64,000 nt of DNA, taken from the NCBI GenBank assembly GCA_951406725.2, contig OX597817.1, positions 156,364,001 through 156,428,000 on the forward strand, read 5' to 3'. The notes beneath the pieces are model-generated. The model ran no database searches, was not told the DNA's origin, and saw only the letters and a program-made list of their open reading frames with translations. Positions 49,637-63,086 of the stretch are shown here, in pieces. How positions within the stretch are numbered: position 1 is the stretch's first letter; each line of letters starts with the position of its first letter. The position numbers and the translations under genes are program-made. The DNA is from Octopus vulgaris (lineage: Eukaryota).

Positions 49637-50465
49637 TATTTCTTAGGAAGACTTGAGTCAGGTGGGGAAGGAAATGTCAATGGGAGAACAGGGTCAAGGT
49701 AGGGAAGACCTGTTACATCTGAAGCCTCTGGAATCTGATGTAGGTCTTTGCTCTGCTGAACCTTGATATATTCACCACTTCCTACCTTCTATTGCACATC
49801 CTTTATCACAAACCCCACTTTTAGAACAAGAAGTTATATTGATATTTTGCCCCAATTCTTTTTCATTTCTCTTTATTTTTCTTCCTTCATTTGTCTCTAT
49901 TTTCTAGTTTCAATTTTCTTTGCCTCACACCTTTCCTCTTTATGTGTTCTTCTCCATCCTTCTTCTTTTTACTACTTATTTCTTTTGTTTCTCTCTCTCT
50001 TTAACCACCACCACCACTACCACCATCACTGTCATTAGCAGCACCACCATCATCATCATTATTACTGATAGTAGTAGTCACAGCAGTAGCTTTAGTAATT
50101 AGTTGCTTTGTTCGTTCAATCTTGATTAAACAGACCTCTCATAAAAGTCTCTCCAGTTGTGACCTTCCAGTTTGTCCTATGTTTCTTGATATAATGCATC
50201 TCAGGCTATATTTACAAATGCCCCCCCCCCTTTTTTTAAGGTGGCAGTATGTAGTGTAAGGGAGATTTAGCTGACATTTTTAGCAAATCTAGTGACAACA
50301 TAGAGACTATCGAATTGAAATTACAGCAGCAGCAGTAGTAGTAGTAGTAGTAGTAGTAGTTGTTATTGTTGTTAAAGCAGAAGCACCACCACTACCACCA
50401 ACAAATATATTGATAAGAGCTATTCTGCTAATTATATAATTTGTAATCTAATATAGAAGAACCAT

Positions 50466-50624
50466 GGTGTCTAGCAACCGAGTGGAAACCCTTTAGCTGT
50501 TGCCCTTCCAGTTGTCTTATCCAGCCATATTTTTCCATTGAACACACATGTATACACACATTCCTACTGTTGCTTTGGCTGTTTATGTGTATAATAAGTG
50601 TGTATGTGTGTGTTGTCTAGCAAC
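50466..50624 (+). promoter_or_regulatory. Pair of RFX X-box-like sites (GGTGTCTAGCAAC 50466-50478; GTTGTCTAGCAAC 50612-50624)
   Basis: Two near-identical X-box-type motifs 146 bp apart in unique sequence. Confidence 0.35.
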
Positions 50625-50834
50625 AACTGCAGTATCACAGCCTTTGTTGAGATGTGATGGAGATGATCAGGCAATATTTCCTGTAACAGCAGGAGAGAGA
50701 TCTTCTCGAATGTCATAAATCGATTAGAACCACCATATTTAAAGTAATGAGCCCAAGGATCTCTCCTTTCTGTTTCTGAACACTGAAGACATTGTACAAT
50801 CTGTTGCTTGACCCCTTTTATTCTCAATAGTAAC

Positions 50835-51147
50835 TTGGGCAAGTGTCTTCAACTATAGCCTCAGGCTGACCAAAGCCTTGTGAGTGGATTTGGTAGGCGG
50901 AAACTGAAAGAAACCCGTTGTATATATGTATATATATATATATATGTTTGTGTCTGTGTTTGTCCCCCCAACATCGCTTGACAACCGATGCTCGTGTGCT
51001 TACGTCCCCGTAACTTAACAGTTCGGTAAAAGAAACTGATAGAATAAGTACTAGGCTTACAAAGAATAAGTCCTAGGGTCGATTTGCTCGACTAAAAGGC
51101 GGTGCTCCAACATGGCCACAATGACTGAAACAAGTAAAAGAGTAAAG
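50835..51147 (+). mobile_element. SINE family A, 5'-truncated
   Basis: Starts at CTTGGGCAAGTGTC and keeps the full tail. Confidence 0.88.
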
Positions 51148-52496
51148 ACTAATCTGCAATAATGGCCTATGCAAATAAATTTTGAATGATTAATCCCTAA
51201 TTCTTTGAAATTATCTCCCTCCACTTTTTTTTTACTGGTGAGGAGTCACTAACAGTTGCTGTTAGGTTTTTGTTTTCTTCCTCCTGCTAAGAGGTAGATT
51301 TCAATTGGGAATGTTTTGCATTAAGCACATCATTCCATGACTTTTATCAGTATGGGTTTCTGCTGATATTATATGTATTGGCAAAGCATGAATGATAGAA
51401 CATACAGCATTTCTTTCCTAGCTTTCATGTTCATGAACTACTATAAAGAATCAACTTAACGAGGGAGCTTTCCATGTAGTGGCATGCATGGTCCGCTAGA
51501 AACAACAGAAAAATTTTACTCGTATCACACACTGCCATCTTGGAACATCTGTTGTAGTAATTGTTATTTAGTTTCAGGCCAGCCTTGAACCATCAAACCT
51601 ATGATCAAAACCATGACCATCTCGTCTTTTATTCAGTATAGTACAGTTTTTAATGTGTCCTTCCTTTATTATTTTCAAGGGGATTAGGAATGATTTCTCT
51701 TAGGTCAAGTAAGCACACAGATTGGCTTGTATGACTGTTGTTGTTGTTGTTATTGTTGTTACAGCTATTATTGGATAGGCGTATCAGTGAGTCATAATAA
51801 ATGTAGTGGAAGATAATTATTATCATTGATTGGCATCAGACCAGATGAAAAAAAAGAGAGAGAGATTCTGCTGTGAGGACAGAACTTACTAGAAATTGAC
51901 ATGTACTTTGGCTTTTTGCAGCACTGCTATCAAACCATTTGTGATTGGCATCATACCAGATTTAAAAAAAGAAAAGTGAGAGAGGATTGATCTTCTGATG
52001 AAAGCAGAACTTATTTTGTTTGGCATTTCCAAACCCATTTTTTGAATCCTTAAGATAAATATGTAAATAACTAAATTTTGGAGTGCTGAGTAACTGACCT
52101 TGTATACCAAAATATTATTTGGAATTAATAAAACTAGTAATGGTAGTGATTGTTGTTCAAACCCAGATCAAATGTACTCCAGTCGTGACCATCCCTTTTG
52201 GGTGGGGTGTTATATGCAAACACATTGGATAAAATTATTTTTGATTTTTTAGGATGATAAGAAGTGAGATGAGTCAGGTTTTAGCTGCTATTTCTCGCAG
52301 CTTTTGTGACTGTAGATAGGTTCTCTCCTTAAAAGTCATATTGGTTTGTGTTACTGACTTACTCAGGTTTCTAAGCTCATCTTGTTTCACTGACAACCAG
52401 AGTGCAATCCTACTTTTGTTGAATGGTTAGGCAGAAGGACATATATACAGTTGTAAAAATAATCATTCTAATAGTGGTGGGGTGGTCTAAATATGT

Positions 52497-52705
52497 TGTC
52501 TGGGGAGAGTCGTATTGTCTTAAAGCCTTATCTAATACACTCACTGGTTTGATTTCCAATAATTTATTATTTATGTCTTCCAAAATTTTGGACAAGGTTG
52601 CAAAAAAGCAAGGAAAATATTGGAAGAAAAAATATGAGTGGAAATCAAACCAGTGAGTGTGTTAGATATAATAAGGCATTAAAACAATATGACTCTCCCC
52701 AGACA
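52497..52705. repeat. Imperfect inverted repeat (52497-52558 / 52639-52705), Penelope-like architecture
   Basis: TGTCTGGGGAGAGTC...CACTCACTGGTTTGATTTCCA and its reverse complement. The centre holds TTGC-aaaaaa-GCAA-g-GAAAATATT, a hammerhead-like remnant. Confidence 0.7.
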
Positions 52706-52789
52706 CAACATAATTTGCTTCAACACACAAATTCACATAAAGAATCTTGCAAACTAGATACAAAACTGAAGTGGTCTAAATAATACCAC

Positions 52790-53247
52790 ATAAATGGCAC
52801 CTGTGCTGGTGCCATGTAAAAAGCACCCAGTACACTCTGTAATGTGGTTGGCATTAGGAAGGGCATAATAAGGCGGCGAGTTGGCAGAAACGTTAGCACG
52901 CCGGGCGAAATGCTTAGCGGTATTTCGTCTGCATTACGTTGTGAGTTCAAATTCCGCCAAGGTCGACTTTGCCTTTCATCCTTTCGGGGTCGATAAATTA
53001 AGTACCAGTTACGCACTGGGGTCGATGTAATCGACTCAATACCTATGTCTGTCCTTGTTTGTCCGCTCTGTGTTTAGCCCCTTGTGGGTAATAAAGAAAT
53101 AGGCATTAGGAAGGGCATCCAGCCCTACAAAGCCATGCCAAAACAGACAAATGTAGACAGGTGTAACTCTCCAGCATGCCAGTTCCTGTTAAATCATTCA
53201 ACCCATGCCAGCATGGAAAACAGACTTTGAATGATGATGATGATGAT
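52790..53247 (+). mobile_element. Family D element interrupted by SINE B (52871-53101; TSD GGCATTAGGAAGGGCAT)
   Basis: 17-bp duplication of the D core on both sides of the B copy. Confidence 0.88.
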
Positions 53248-54147
53248 ACAATTCATAGAAACAAACTCAAAATAGTATTCCAGTGTTGAGAGGCTGGAAT
53301 TTTGAAACGGCACAGGCATAAGCATGTGGTCAAGAAGTTCACTTCCTGATTGCCCATTTCTAGAATTTTATTAGGTTACACCCTTGACAAGTGTCTTCTA
53401 ATATAACTTCAGCATGACCTATGCCTTGTGTGCATGCAAAGGAATATGGCCTAGTGGTTAGGATGTTGCACTCGCAATCTTGTGATCATGGTTTCAGTTC
53501 CCAGATCAACAGTGCTTTGTGTTCTTGAGCAACATGCTCCATTCCACTCAGCTATAAATGAGTAGCCCTACAACAGACTTGCTGTTCCATTTAGGGGAGG
53601 ATCTTGGCCAGTGGGCTGGCATCATCCACAAGCTACAACAATGTGAGGAAGCACATTGTGACCAGTGGTGTATAACGTCTCATGGTCTGGTTGATACAGT
53701 GGTGCACGTGTGTATCCATTAGTCTAGGATGACCATTCAGCTGTACATGTATGCACAGAATAGAACAAGATATTTTGTTCTTTACTTTTTTTTTTGAGGA
53801 AGACTAGCAGTTATCCATGCGTTCAAGTTTCTCCTCTCCATGCCACCATTGTTCATCCAATGACCCGATGATGGCATAACTCGGTGCAGCTTCAATACCA
53901 GTGTTGTCATAGGCATTGGTGTCAGAATGCTAAGTGTGTCTGTGTAAACCAGTGTGTTTAGTTGCATCTCTTCAGAAAGAGAGATCAATGAAATAAATAG
54001 CAGATAGAAATAAAGTACCTGGGTTTCTACCATCAACTAAATTCTCAAATGTAGTGCTCCAGCATGGCAGTAAAATAAATTAAACCGTCAGTTTTTCTGC
54101 TTTCTAACTTCAACACAGTTTTTTGAGTAAATTATCACTAAGTACCT

Positions 54148-54540
54148 AGGCGCAGGAGTGGCTGTGTGGTAAGTAGCTTGCTAACCAACCACATGGTTCC
54201 GGGTTCAGTCCCACTGCGTGGCATCTTGGGCAAGTGTCTTTTGCTATAGCCCCGGGCTGACCAATGCCTTGTGAGTGGATTTGGTAGACGGAAACTGAAA
54301 GAAGCCTGTCGTATATATGTATGTGTGTGTGTCTGTGTTTGTCCCCCTAGCATTGCTTGACAACCGATGCCGGTGTGTTTACGTCCCCATCACTTAGCGG
54401 TTCGGCAAAAGTGACCGATAGAATAAGTACTGGGCTTACAAAGAATAAGTCCCGGGGTCGATTTGCTCGACTAAAGGCGGTGCTCCAGCATGGCCGCAGT
54501 CAAATGACTGAAACAAGTAAAAGAGAAAAATAAAAGTGAA
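54148..54540 (+). mobile_element. SINE family A (full length, TSD AAGTACCTA)
   Basis: Complete head-to-tail copy. Confidence 0.92.
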
Positions 54541-55309
54541 AAGTACCTAAATTACGAAGCCTATTGAACTGTGAGAATTATTCCTGTTAACTTTAATGTA
54601 TGACTACCATAGAACGGGCAACAGTAGCACAGCTGTCACCAAAATTTCACCATTCCGTTGACCTTGATTCGTCATTTGCTTGACATTTTCTTGTTTCAGC
54701 TTTTATTAGAACTTGTGACAGTATTTAACCATGCCTCCTCCAGTTAACGATTGACAAGTGCAATGTCAGGGCTGTCTGTTCAATCCTCCTTCCATCATCA
54801 CAAACATGACAGTTGTGACTTTGTTTCATTTCCTGCATTAATATTGTCCTCTGGTCTAGAAAAGAATGCATTTCATAACATTTATCCCCAAACTTCTTTA
54901 AATCTCAGATACATACATGAACTATTCAAGCTGATGAGGCAGCCTCTATGCAATGACATTCATAGCATGCTAGAAATAACAGCTAAATCTTACTTAAATT
55001 CTGCCTTGCTATCTTAAAATTAGGGCACATTAAATAGACTATATCTGAAAAAAATAAAAGTGGTATGGGCATTACTAAAATGCTTTTCATTATACATCTA
55101 CTTGATCAGAGCTGACCTGGGCCAAATCAATATCACCCAAAAGAAAAAAAATTTATAAAAATGTCCAGAAATATCAATAAAGCATTACAAATTTATATTT
55201 CATGTCACAGATGTTTTGTGCATTTATGCTGTTGATTTAGGGAAATAATTGAATACTTAAATATTGAGAAAGAGTTTAAAACAAGTTTGCATAAAATGCA
55301 AATCTTGTA

Positions 55310-55790
55310 TTCATTGTCATCATCACCGTCATTTAACATGTCCACGTTTCCAAGTGTGCATGGATCAAATATAATTCATTAAGGCAGATTTTCTATGCTC
55401 AGATGCCTTTCCTGCCACCAAACCTCACTTGTTTCCAAGTAAGTTAATATGTACCCATAAGTTAGGTTTTTTTTATTTACTTTTGTTTTTGTTTTTGTTT
55501 GGTTTTTTTTTTTTTCCTTTTTTTTCATATAAGACTAGAAATGAACACTTTTTTGCAACCGTCTCACAGCCTAGATAAGGGAACACATATACACAAGCAC
55601 ACACACACACACACACACACACATATGACTGGCACTTTTCAGTTTCTTCCAACAAAATCCACTCACAAGGCTTTGGTCAGCCTCAGGCCTTTAATAGAAG
55701 ACCCTTGCCCAAAGTATCATGCAATGGAAGTGAACTCGAAACCACATGGTTGGGAAGCAAGATTCTTAACCACACAGTCATGCCTCTCTT
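55310..55790 (-). mobile_element. SINE family F (A head, D-like tail), diverged
   Basis: Same layout as 28629-29024. Confidence 0.65.
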
Positions 55791-56295
55791 TATTATAGAA
55801 AATGAACTTCCAGTCAGTTTAGCTTCCAAAATTATTCAACAAACTTCTTTAGTAAAAATTCCTGGAAAGATATTTTTAAAGCATAATGAAAAATTGATGT
55901 TATACAAATGTGTGTGTGTGTGTGTGTGTGTGTGAGAGGGAGGTAACAGTATTATGTATCACACATCTGTACCTAAAGATTTTGTAAAATCAACCTTATG
56001 CTCCTCAGACTCTTGAGAAGAGCAAAAGAAGTTTATAATTTCTACTTGTGTAGATGGAGAATTTTAGTGAGTGAAGGCTGAACTATCTAATGAACATTCC
56101 TGTGTATGTGTTGAGTGGTAGCATCCCGAATGTGTAATTGGTATTCTAGTTTGGTAATACATGGTTGCTGTTAAATCTCCCTCAAATCACACCTTACTGT
56201 CTTCTTAAAATTAGAAGGACTCTTCGGTAATCTAGTCTTACATACATAAGTACGTGTGTGTGTGTGTGTGGTGTGTGGTACACTCATTATTATAT

Positions 56296-56526
56296 ATTTC
56301 TTTACTACCCACAAGGGGCTAAACATAGAAGGGACAAACAAGGACAGACAAAGGGATTAAGTCAATTATATCGACCCCAGTGCGTGACTGGTACTTATTT
56401 AATCGACCCCGAAAGGATGAAAGGCAAAGTAGACCTCGGCGGAATTTGAACTCAGAACGTAACGGCAGACGAAATACGGCTACACATTTCGCCCGGCGTG
56501 CTAACGTTTCTGCCAGCTCGCCACCT
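56296..56526 (-). mobile_element. SINE family B
   Basis: Reverse complement of family B; both flanks read TTATTATATAT. Confidence 0.9.
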
Positions 56527-57363
56527 TATTATTATATATTGATATACTGTTTATTCTCTAGGTAGGTAGGTAGATAGATATGTATGTATATATGGTGTGT
56601 GTGTGTGTAAGGGCAGTCTCTGTGTAGTTGCTTGACTTATTAGAAATGTACCTAACTCTGCTTCACATTACATGCTGCTGTCTTAGGTAAAATAAAGACA
56701 CACTAGATAATGTCATCCTAGATAAATTGTGTCTTCAGAAATGGTGGAATGGCCACAACTGGAACATTTAAGCTAATAAATGTGCTGGATTAAGACTGAT
56801 CTGAGACTGTAGCCATTCTCTCTCCAATTCACACACTACCTGTGCTGAAAACTCAAGGTCACTTTGTTGAATTCATACTCCTTCTGAACCAGAATTGAAC
56901 CCACGTCCAGAGTTTTCACTGTATATCATACAACCTTCTTTATATATATATAATAAACATGTATAACGTTCAGTTTACTATATGGACTACAGAGTTTTCC
57001 CCCTTTTGAACAGGTTTTTCTTTCCTCTGCGCATCAGTGTGTAGTGATGTGTGTGCATTGGGGCAGGGCGTGCAGTGTGTTTTTAACATTGCTATTTGTA
57101 TACCTGTGGGTGTAAGAAGCATGCATGAGTTCCTCTTTGTATATGTGTGCATTACTCTTTGCATCCTTCTGTGTGCTATAAGTGTTTCTTGCTACTTATA
57201 TACTACAGTTGATGGTTGTAGTAATTTTAGTGGAACTAATAGTAATATTGGTAATGGTAGTGGTGTAGATTTTTTTCTTTGTTTTTTTCAGTTTTTTTTT
57301 CTATTTATGCTTTCTTCTAAAATAACTAATGTATGTATTCCTGATAGCTATTACTACCCATCA

Positions 57364-57364
57364 T

Positions 57365-57417
<53 letters not shown>

Positions 57418-57418
57418 T
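57364..57418. repeat. (CTA)n microsatellite
   Basis: About 17 units; similar tracts at 34194-34227 and 39164-39205. Confidence 0.95.
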
Positions 57419-58360
57419 AATGCTCAGCTTCTATTTTTAAGCTAGTTAATGATAATTAGCTTTCCAGATGTAATTCATTTTTCACTTTCAGTTTTTGTTG
57501 TTATTGAAACCACACACCCCTGGTTAACGCCCAGCCACGTACACTGATATTAAGTTTGTGGGGTGAAGCTAACGACATTGGTACAGAGAATAGGTAATCC
57601 TCACCTGAGCTAGCTGTCATCTATGTAGCTGCTATTATCTTCCGTAGCTGTCATCACTAACATCACCACAAATCCAGTTTTATGTTTGGAAGTCATTCAC
57701 TATTTTCTTTCATTTTTTTTTCTTCTGTCTTTCTTGTATACTTCAATTCATTTCAGTCTAAACTTGTGATTATGGATTCTTTCCACTTTTCTTTCCAAAG
57801 CAGCATCACATGATACTGAATATATGACTATAGAAAACAGGTATATCACACTTACGCAGTGTAGCTAGCCTGATGTTCTCTGCATAAATTACATCAGTGA
57901 GTGTAGATAGCTGTTCTAGATTGGGTGCCTCTGTAACTAGACAGGGCATGTCAGGAACTGAGAGGTTAGCAGCTCATATTCTACCAATGGCACTGTGATA
58001 CTTGTTTATACCTAAGTGGCCCAACTCACATGGGTGTAGATAGGTAGCACATGATAGGAATAATGCTAAAACTGGTTTGTTAGCTTAAGCTTAAAGTTTT
58101 CAGTTTAAATCCTCCAGAACGATGAAGGAAGCACTTTTGTACTTTGTCTCAGATCAGGATTCTCATAAGCATTTTGGAGTCACCTTACCAATAAATTCAG
58201 ACCCTGTTGCCAATTGAAGGTTATCGGTGATCGGCAATCTGTTCTATACATTAAACTCTCTACAGGTGGGTCAATTACCACTGGACTGAACATCTTCCTG
58301 TACCACAAGAAATACATTCACCAGTTATACATATCAATGTGGAGGATACCAGCCTGGTAT

Positions 58361-58746
58361 GGATGGAAGCACTCCGTCGGTTCCGACGACGAGGGTTCTG
58401 GTTGATCCGATCAACGGAACAGCCTGCTAGTGAAATTAACATGTAAGTGGCTGAGCACTCCACAGACACGTGTACCCTTAACGTAGTTCTCGGGGATATT
58501 CAGTGTGACACAGAGTGACAAGGCCGGCTCTTTGAAATACAGGTACAACAGAAACAGGAAGTAAGAGAGAGAGAGAGTTGTGGAGAAAGAGTACAGCAGG
58601 GATCACCACCATCCCCTGCCGGAGCCTCGTGGAGCTTTTAGGTGTTTTCGCTCAATAAACACTCACAACGCCCGGTCTGGGAATCGAAACTGCGATCCTG
58701 TGACCGCGAGTCCGCTGCCCTAACCACTGGGCCATTGCGCCTCCAC
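58361..58746 (-). mobile_element. SINE family C (TSD ACCAGCCTGGTAT)
   Basis: Full-length reverse complement. Confidence 0.92.
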
Positions 58747-59189
58747 ACCAGCCTGGTATATAATTGTCCTAATTCACTGAGGAATGTTTTGCGATATCAT
58801 ATATTGATTTCAAATTTTGGTACAAGGCCATCAAGTTTGGAGGAACAGATAAGCTGGTTATATTGACACTCCAACCCCCCCCCATACTAATTTTAACGAT
58901 CCCATAAGGATGAGAGGCAAAGTCAACCTCAACAGAATTTGAATTCCAAACATAAAGATGGACAAAATGCTGCTATTGTTGATGACTCTTTGGATATAGA
59001 TGATCAAAGAAGCCATTATTTTTTTATGCCTTGTTAAATTCTGAGTTCTCTCCCTACCAAGGTTCAAATTCAGCTTTCATTCTTCAAGGGTTTGATAAAA
59101 TAAGTACCAGTTGGATATTAGGGTTCATTAAATTGAACTACACTCCTTCTGTCTTAAATGTATGTCTTTTTACCTGTTAGATATTTTCA

Positions 59190-59224
<35 letters not shown>

Positions 59225-59854
59225 GTGGTTAGCTGGCAGAACCATTAGCACACTGGACAAAATGCTTAGCAGCGTTTCATATCTATATATTCTGAGTTCA
59301 AATTCCACCAAGGTCAACTTTGCCTTTCGTCCTTTCAGGGTTGATATGTACCTTTCAAGTACTGAGGTCGGTGAAATTAATTAGTCCTCCTCCTCCAAAA
59401 TTTCAGGCCTTGTGCCTGTAATAGAAACACTTTGTCTTTCATCCTTTTGAGGTCGATGTAATCAACTTACACCACCTCTTCTTAAAATTTCGGAGCTTGT
59501 ACCTATAGTAGAAATTATTGTTTTATTTCGTTTTTGTGTAACTCATCCTTTGATAGTGTCCTTCATGTCTTGGGTGCTTGTGGCCAATAAAAGAAATCTT
59601 GTTATTATTATTATTATCATTATTATTATTAAAGCGGTGTGCTGGCAGAATCGTGAGCACACCAGGCAAAATGCTTCACTGCATTTCATCCATCTTTGCG
59701 TTTTGTGTTCAAATTCCGCCAAGGTTGACTTTGCCTTTCCTCCTTCTTGGATTGATAAAATAAGTGCTGGTTGAGCATTGGGGTCAATGTAATCAACTAG
59801 CCATCCCTCCCCCTAAATGGCTGGCCTTGTGCCAAAATTATCATTATTATTATT

Positions 59855-60472
59855 CTGAAAGACTCTCGGATAGTTCTTAATTACCGGTTATTCTTTGCTT
59901 GAAAGCAGTTAATAACAAATTACCAAAGGTTTCAAGTAGTGCTTTCTCCTGTGGCTCGAAGAGACGATACTCTCCTTAGAATGCGAGCTGTACTCAATAA
60001 TGCTGTCTTCTGGATCACTTTGAGCCTGAGAGCAGCTTCAATATTCTTAATATGTTTTTCAAAGCCCTTGGAAACTGCTCATTACTTTCCTCATGCCCCA
60101 TAACTTTCCTATCTTGTCCTGAGCAGTGGCTGGTATTTCTCAGTCTTTTCTGTTTCCATACATTTCACCCTTGAATCGCCCTTTTATAGATGAGCACGAT
60201 ATCTGGTCATCTCACTTCTATGACTTGGTCATACTGCATGTTAAAAATCTCAGAGTATTTTGCAATGTTCATTTTCCATTACTCCCCCTGGCTTCTGTTC
60301 ATGCTATTGCTCAGCTCTCTCGAGGTTTGCTTTACCGCACAACAGCCAGTGGACTTCTCTGGCTACCTTGTTGTGTCTCCTTTTATATTCGTGCTGTGCA
60401 AGCTTACAGCACTCACTAACAATATGGCTTATACTTTCTCCCTTCTCAGAGCACATCCTACACAGTGGCGAT
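59855..60472 (-). pseudogene. R4/Dong-like (restriction-like endonuclease) non-LTR retrotransposon, 3' fragment
   Basis: CRMCSEKGESISHIVSEC (CCHC knuckle), YKRRHNKVA (RHN), IEVR*PDIVLI (PD motif) and KTALLSTARILRRV. Both ends are embedded in (TAA)n. Confidence 0.88.
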
Positions 60473-60667
60473 ATCATTATTATTGTTATCATCATTATTA
60501 TTATTATTGTTGTTGTTGGTTTCATACCTGGGTATAATTTCAGCAGCAATTACACCCTTGGTGCTGCTATTTGTTCTAATTTTTTTTTTCTTGGTGTATA
60601 TGTGCTTTTACACAACTGTATTTTTGGGGTATGTTATCTATATTTATACTGTATCTGTATTTGTTTA

Positions 60668-60708
<41 letters not shown>

Positions 60709-61854
60709 TCAGGCAGATGTATATTTATGTACATGTTTATCTGCATGTATATAAATTAGCAAAAAATTTTTTTTTACTTTTCTACATTTACTTGTGTATA
60801 TACATGTACACACACACACACACACGCACACACACGCACACACACATCCGTGCTTGTTTGTGTAAGCGTCTGTATGGACATTTGTTTGTCAGTATGTAGG
60901 CTCTTGTGTGTGTGTGTGTGCATTGGTGGTGGGGGGTGATAATTTGTAACACCCTCTTAAAAGATGGCTTATGAAAGAACATAACTAATGTGCTCACCGT
61001 TTCCACAGACCTGAAGCATCAGCTGGGTGTACAGTTTCAGCAAGAAACTACCTTCCTCACCCACCCATCCTCCCTGTATAGTAGTAATGGTACAGTCTCC
61101 TCCAAGTTTGGTGAATGTACTTTCATCTGCTTCTCTACATAAGTTTTCTCACTCGCCCTCCTTGTATACGATAACTGTGGGATTGATATATATATATATA
61201 TATTTTTTTACCTGTGTCTGTAAAGAACTGTAAGGGATTCTATGTTGAGATTTGCTGAAGGGGTGTGCAGGGTGGGTACTTTGAAGTATTGCTGACATTA
61301 ACAGGCACCCCTTACTATTCGGTACCACTACTTTTGTTAAGTTTTACCATCCTAGTGGCTCGGTTCATTTTGTGGTTGTCTCCTTTCTACTCAGCCTCCT
61401 CCTCCTCCTCCTCCTCCCACTTCTCCTTCCTACACCTTTGCCGGAGCGACAATTCTGACTTTGCCGTACTTAACTTTTCGTTCGTTCGCTCAATGCCACA
61501 TACGTCTTAGTTGTTTGGTTATGGGCTCCTCTGTATTGGTGCTAACCTATGCCGTTTGAAGTTGGACTGGTCTCTTGAGAGTGGACTAATCTATAGATTT
61601 TCGCAACACTGTTGTTGGAATTTGCTTACCAAAGGTGTAGATATTGGGTATTCCACACATTGTTTGGGTAATCTTTTTAGTTTAATCTCTGTTAATCAAC
61701 TTGAACTTTATACAAATTAGCCATCCCCCACTACACACACACACACCAAGGATAAATTCAGGTGTAAAGTTATGCTGAAAAAGTGGATTTCTTGGGTAAG
61801 TGAAGAATTTCTTATGACTGTCTACATGTGTGTTTGTATGTATGTATGCATGTG

Positions 61855-62010
61855 TATGTATGTGTCTGCAGTGTATGCATCTATGTGTCTATATGTTCCT
61901 GTGTGTGTGTGTGTCTGCAATGTATGCATCTATGTGTCTATATGTTCCTGTATGTGTGTGTGTGTGTCTGCAGTGTATGCATCTGTGTGTCTATATGTTC
62001 CTGTATGTAT
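61855..62010 (+). repeat. Three tandem ~50-bp units GTGTCTGCA(G/A)TGTATGCATCT(A/G)TGTGTCTATATGTTCCTGT
   Basis: Seen directly, embedded in (GT)/(GTAT)n. Confidence 0.85.
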
Positions 62011-62689
62011 GTATGTATGTGTGTATGTATGTGTAAAATAGACTGCAACAATAAGTGGAATGGGGAGAGAAAATTTTTTTTTTATGGCGTTTTTCGACCA
62101 TAACTGGCTATGGTTGAGAGGAAATGTAATGTTTAACTGTTCTCCTCTTAGAAAACATGTATAGTGATGAGGATGAAGATGGTGGTGGTGGAGGTAAAAA
62201 TGATAATGAGGATGGTGGTGTTGCTCCTATTTATAGCAATGCTTTTCTCAGATATTCTGCAGTTATGTTAAGTGAGATAGATAGCTTGACTTTTTATGTA
62301 GAGTTTGTTACTAGCTGGGAAGGAAGAAAAGAACGGGGGAGGAGGGATAGGGGTTTGAGGACCTCAGGTGAGGTGCGCGGGGGGGGGGTGGAACAACAGG
62401 ATAGAGCAGGGTTGTAATGTTTGTTAATTCAATTTTGCATTTGTTTGTTTATTAAAAAATGTAACATTTAAATATCTCTTGTGTATGCCCTCCATCTCCC
62501 CCGCCACCCCCCCACACACACACCTCACCACCACCACCACCACCATTTGCTGACACCTTCTCTTCTGTAGATTTCTTGTTCTGTTTTACTTTACTTATCT
62601 GCAGCTTGGAGAACATCTTCTGAACTACTGCTCCCAACCTCATCACCTGACTTCATGTTGATGTTCATACCCCGCCTCTCACACACTCA

Positions 62690-62722
<33 letters not shown>

Positions 62723-63086
62723 TCACTCTCACACTCACACACACACACACACACACACACATGTATACAAAATATTAACCTAAAAAAAATCCAATCTAAC
62801 CTTGTTGATCTTTCATAACCCTTCACCACCCTTTCATTCCTCATTCCTTCAGTGTAGAACACAGTTCTACACAGGTATTTACCCTGCCTGCTTCCTTCAA
62901 ATACCAACACACCACACATGCACTGTAACTTGAAGTGTTAGATGCCAGTTCTTTTTACATTCTGAGTTGAAATCCTGACCAGATCAGCTTTGCCTTTCAT
63001 TCTCCTGGGATCAATAAAATAAAGTTGGGGGGTGGGGTTCTTTATAGCTTCACCTCCACAAACCAAAAATAAAATATTTCTGGCCT

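Noticed and set aside
57492-57593. Possible exon (tttcag|...AATAG|gtaatc)
   Set aside because: Stops in all three frames. It could only be non-coding, and there is no further support.
60990-61080. 18-nt + strand microexon (61009-61026) or a minus-strand exon ending ACG|GTGAGC
   Set aside because: The + donor is weak, the minus acceptor is weak, and the peptides are unrecognisable; both are compatible with chance.
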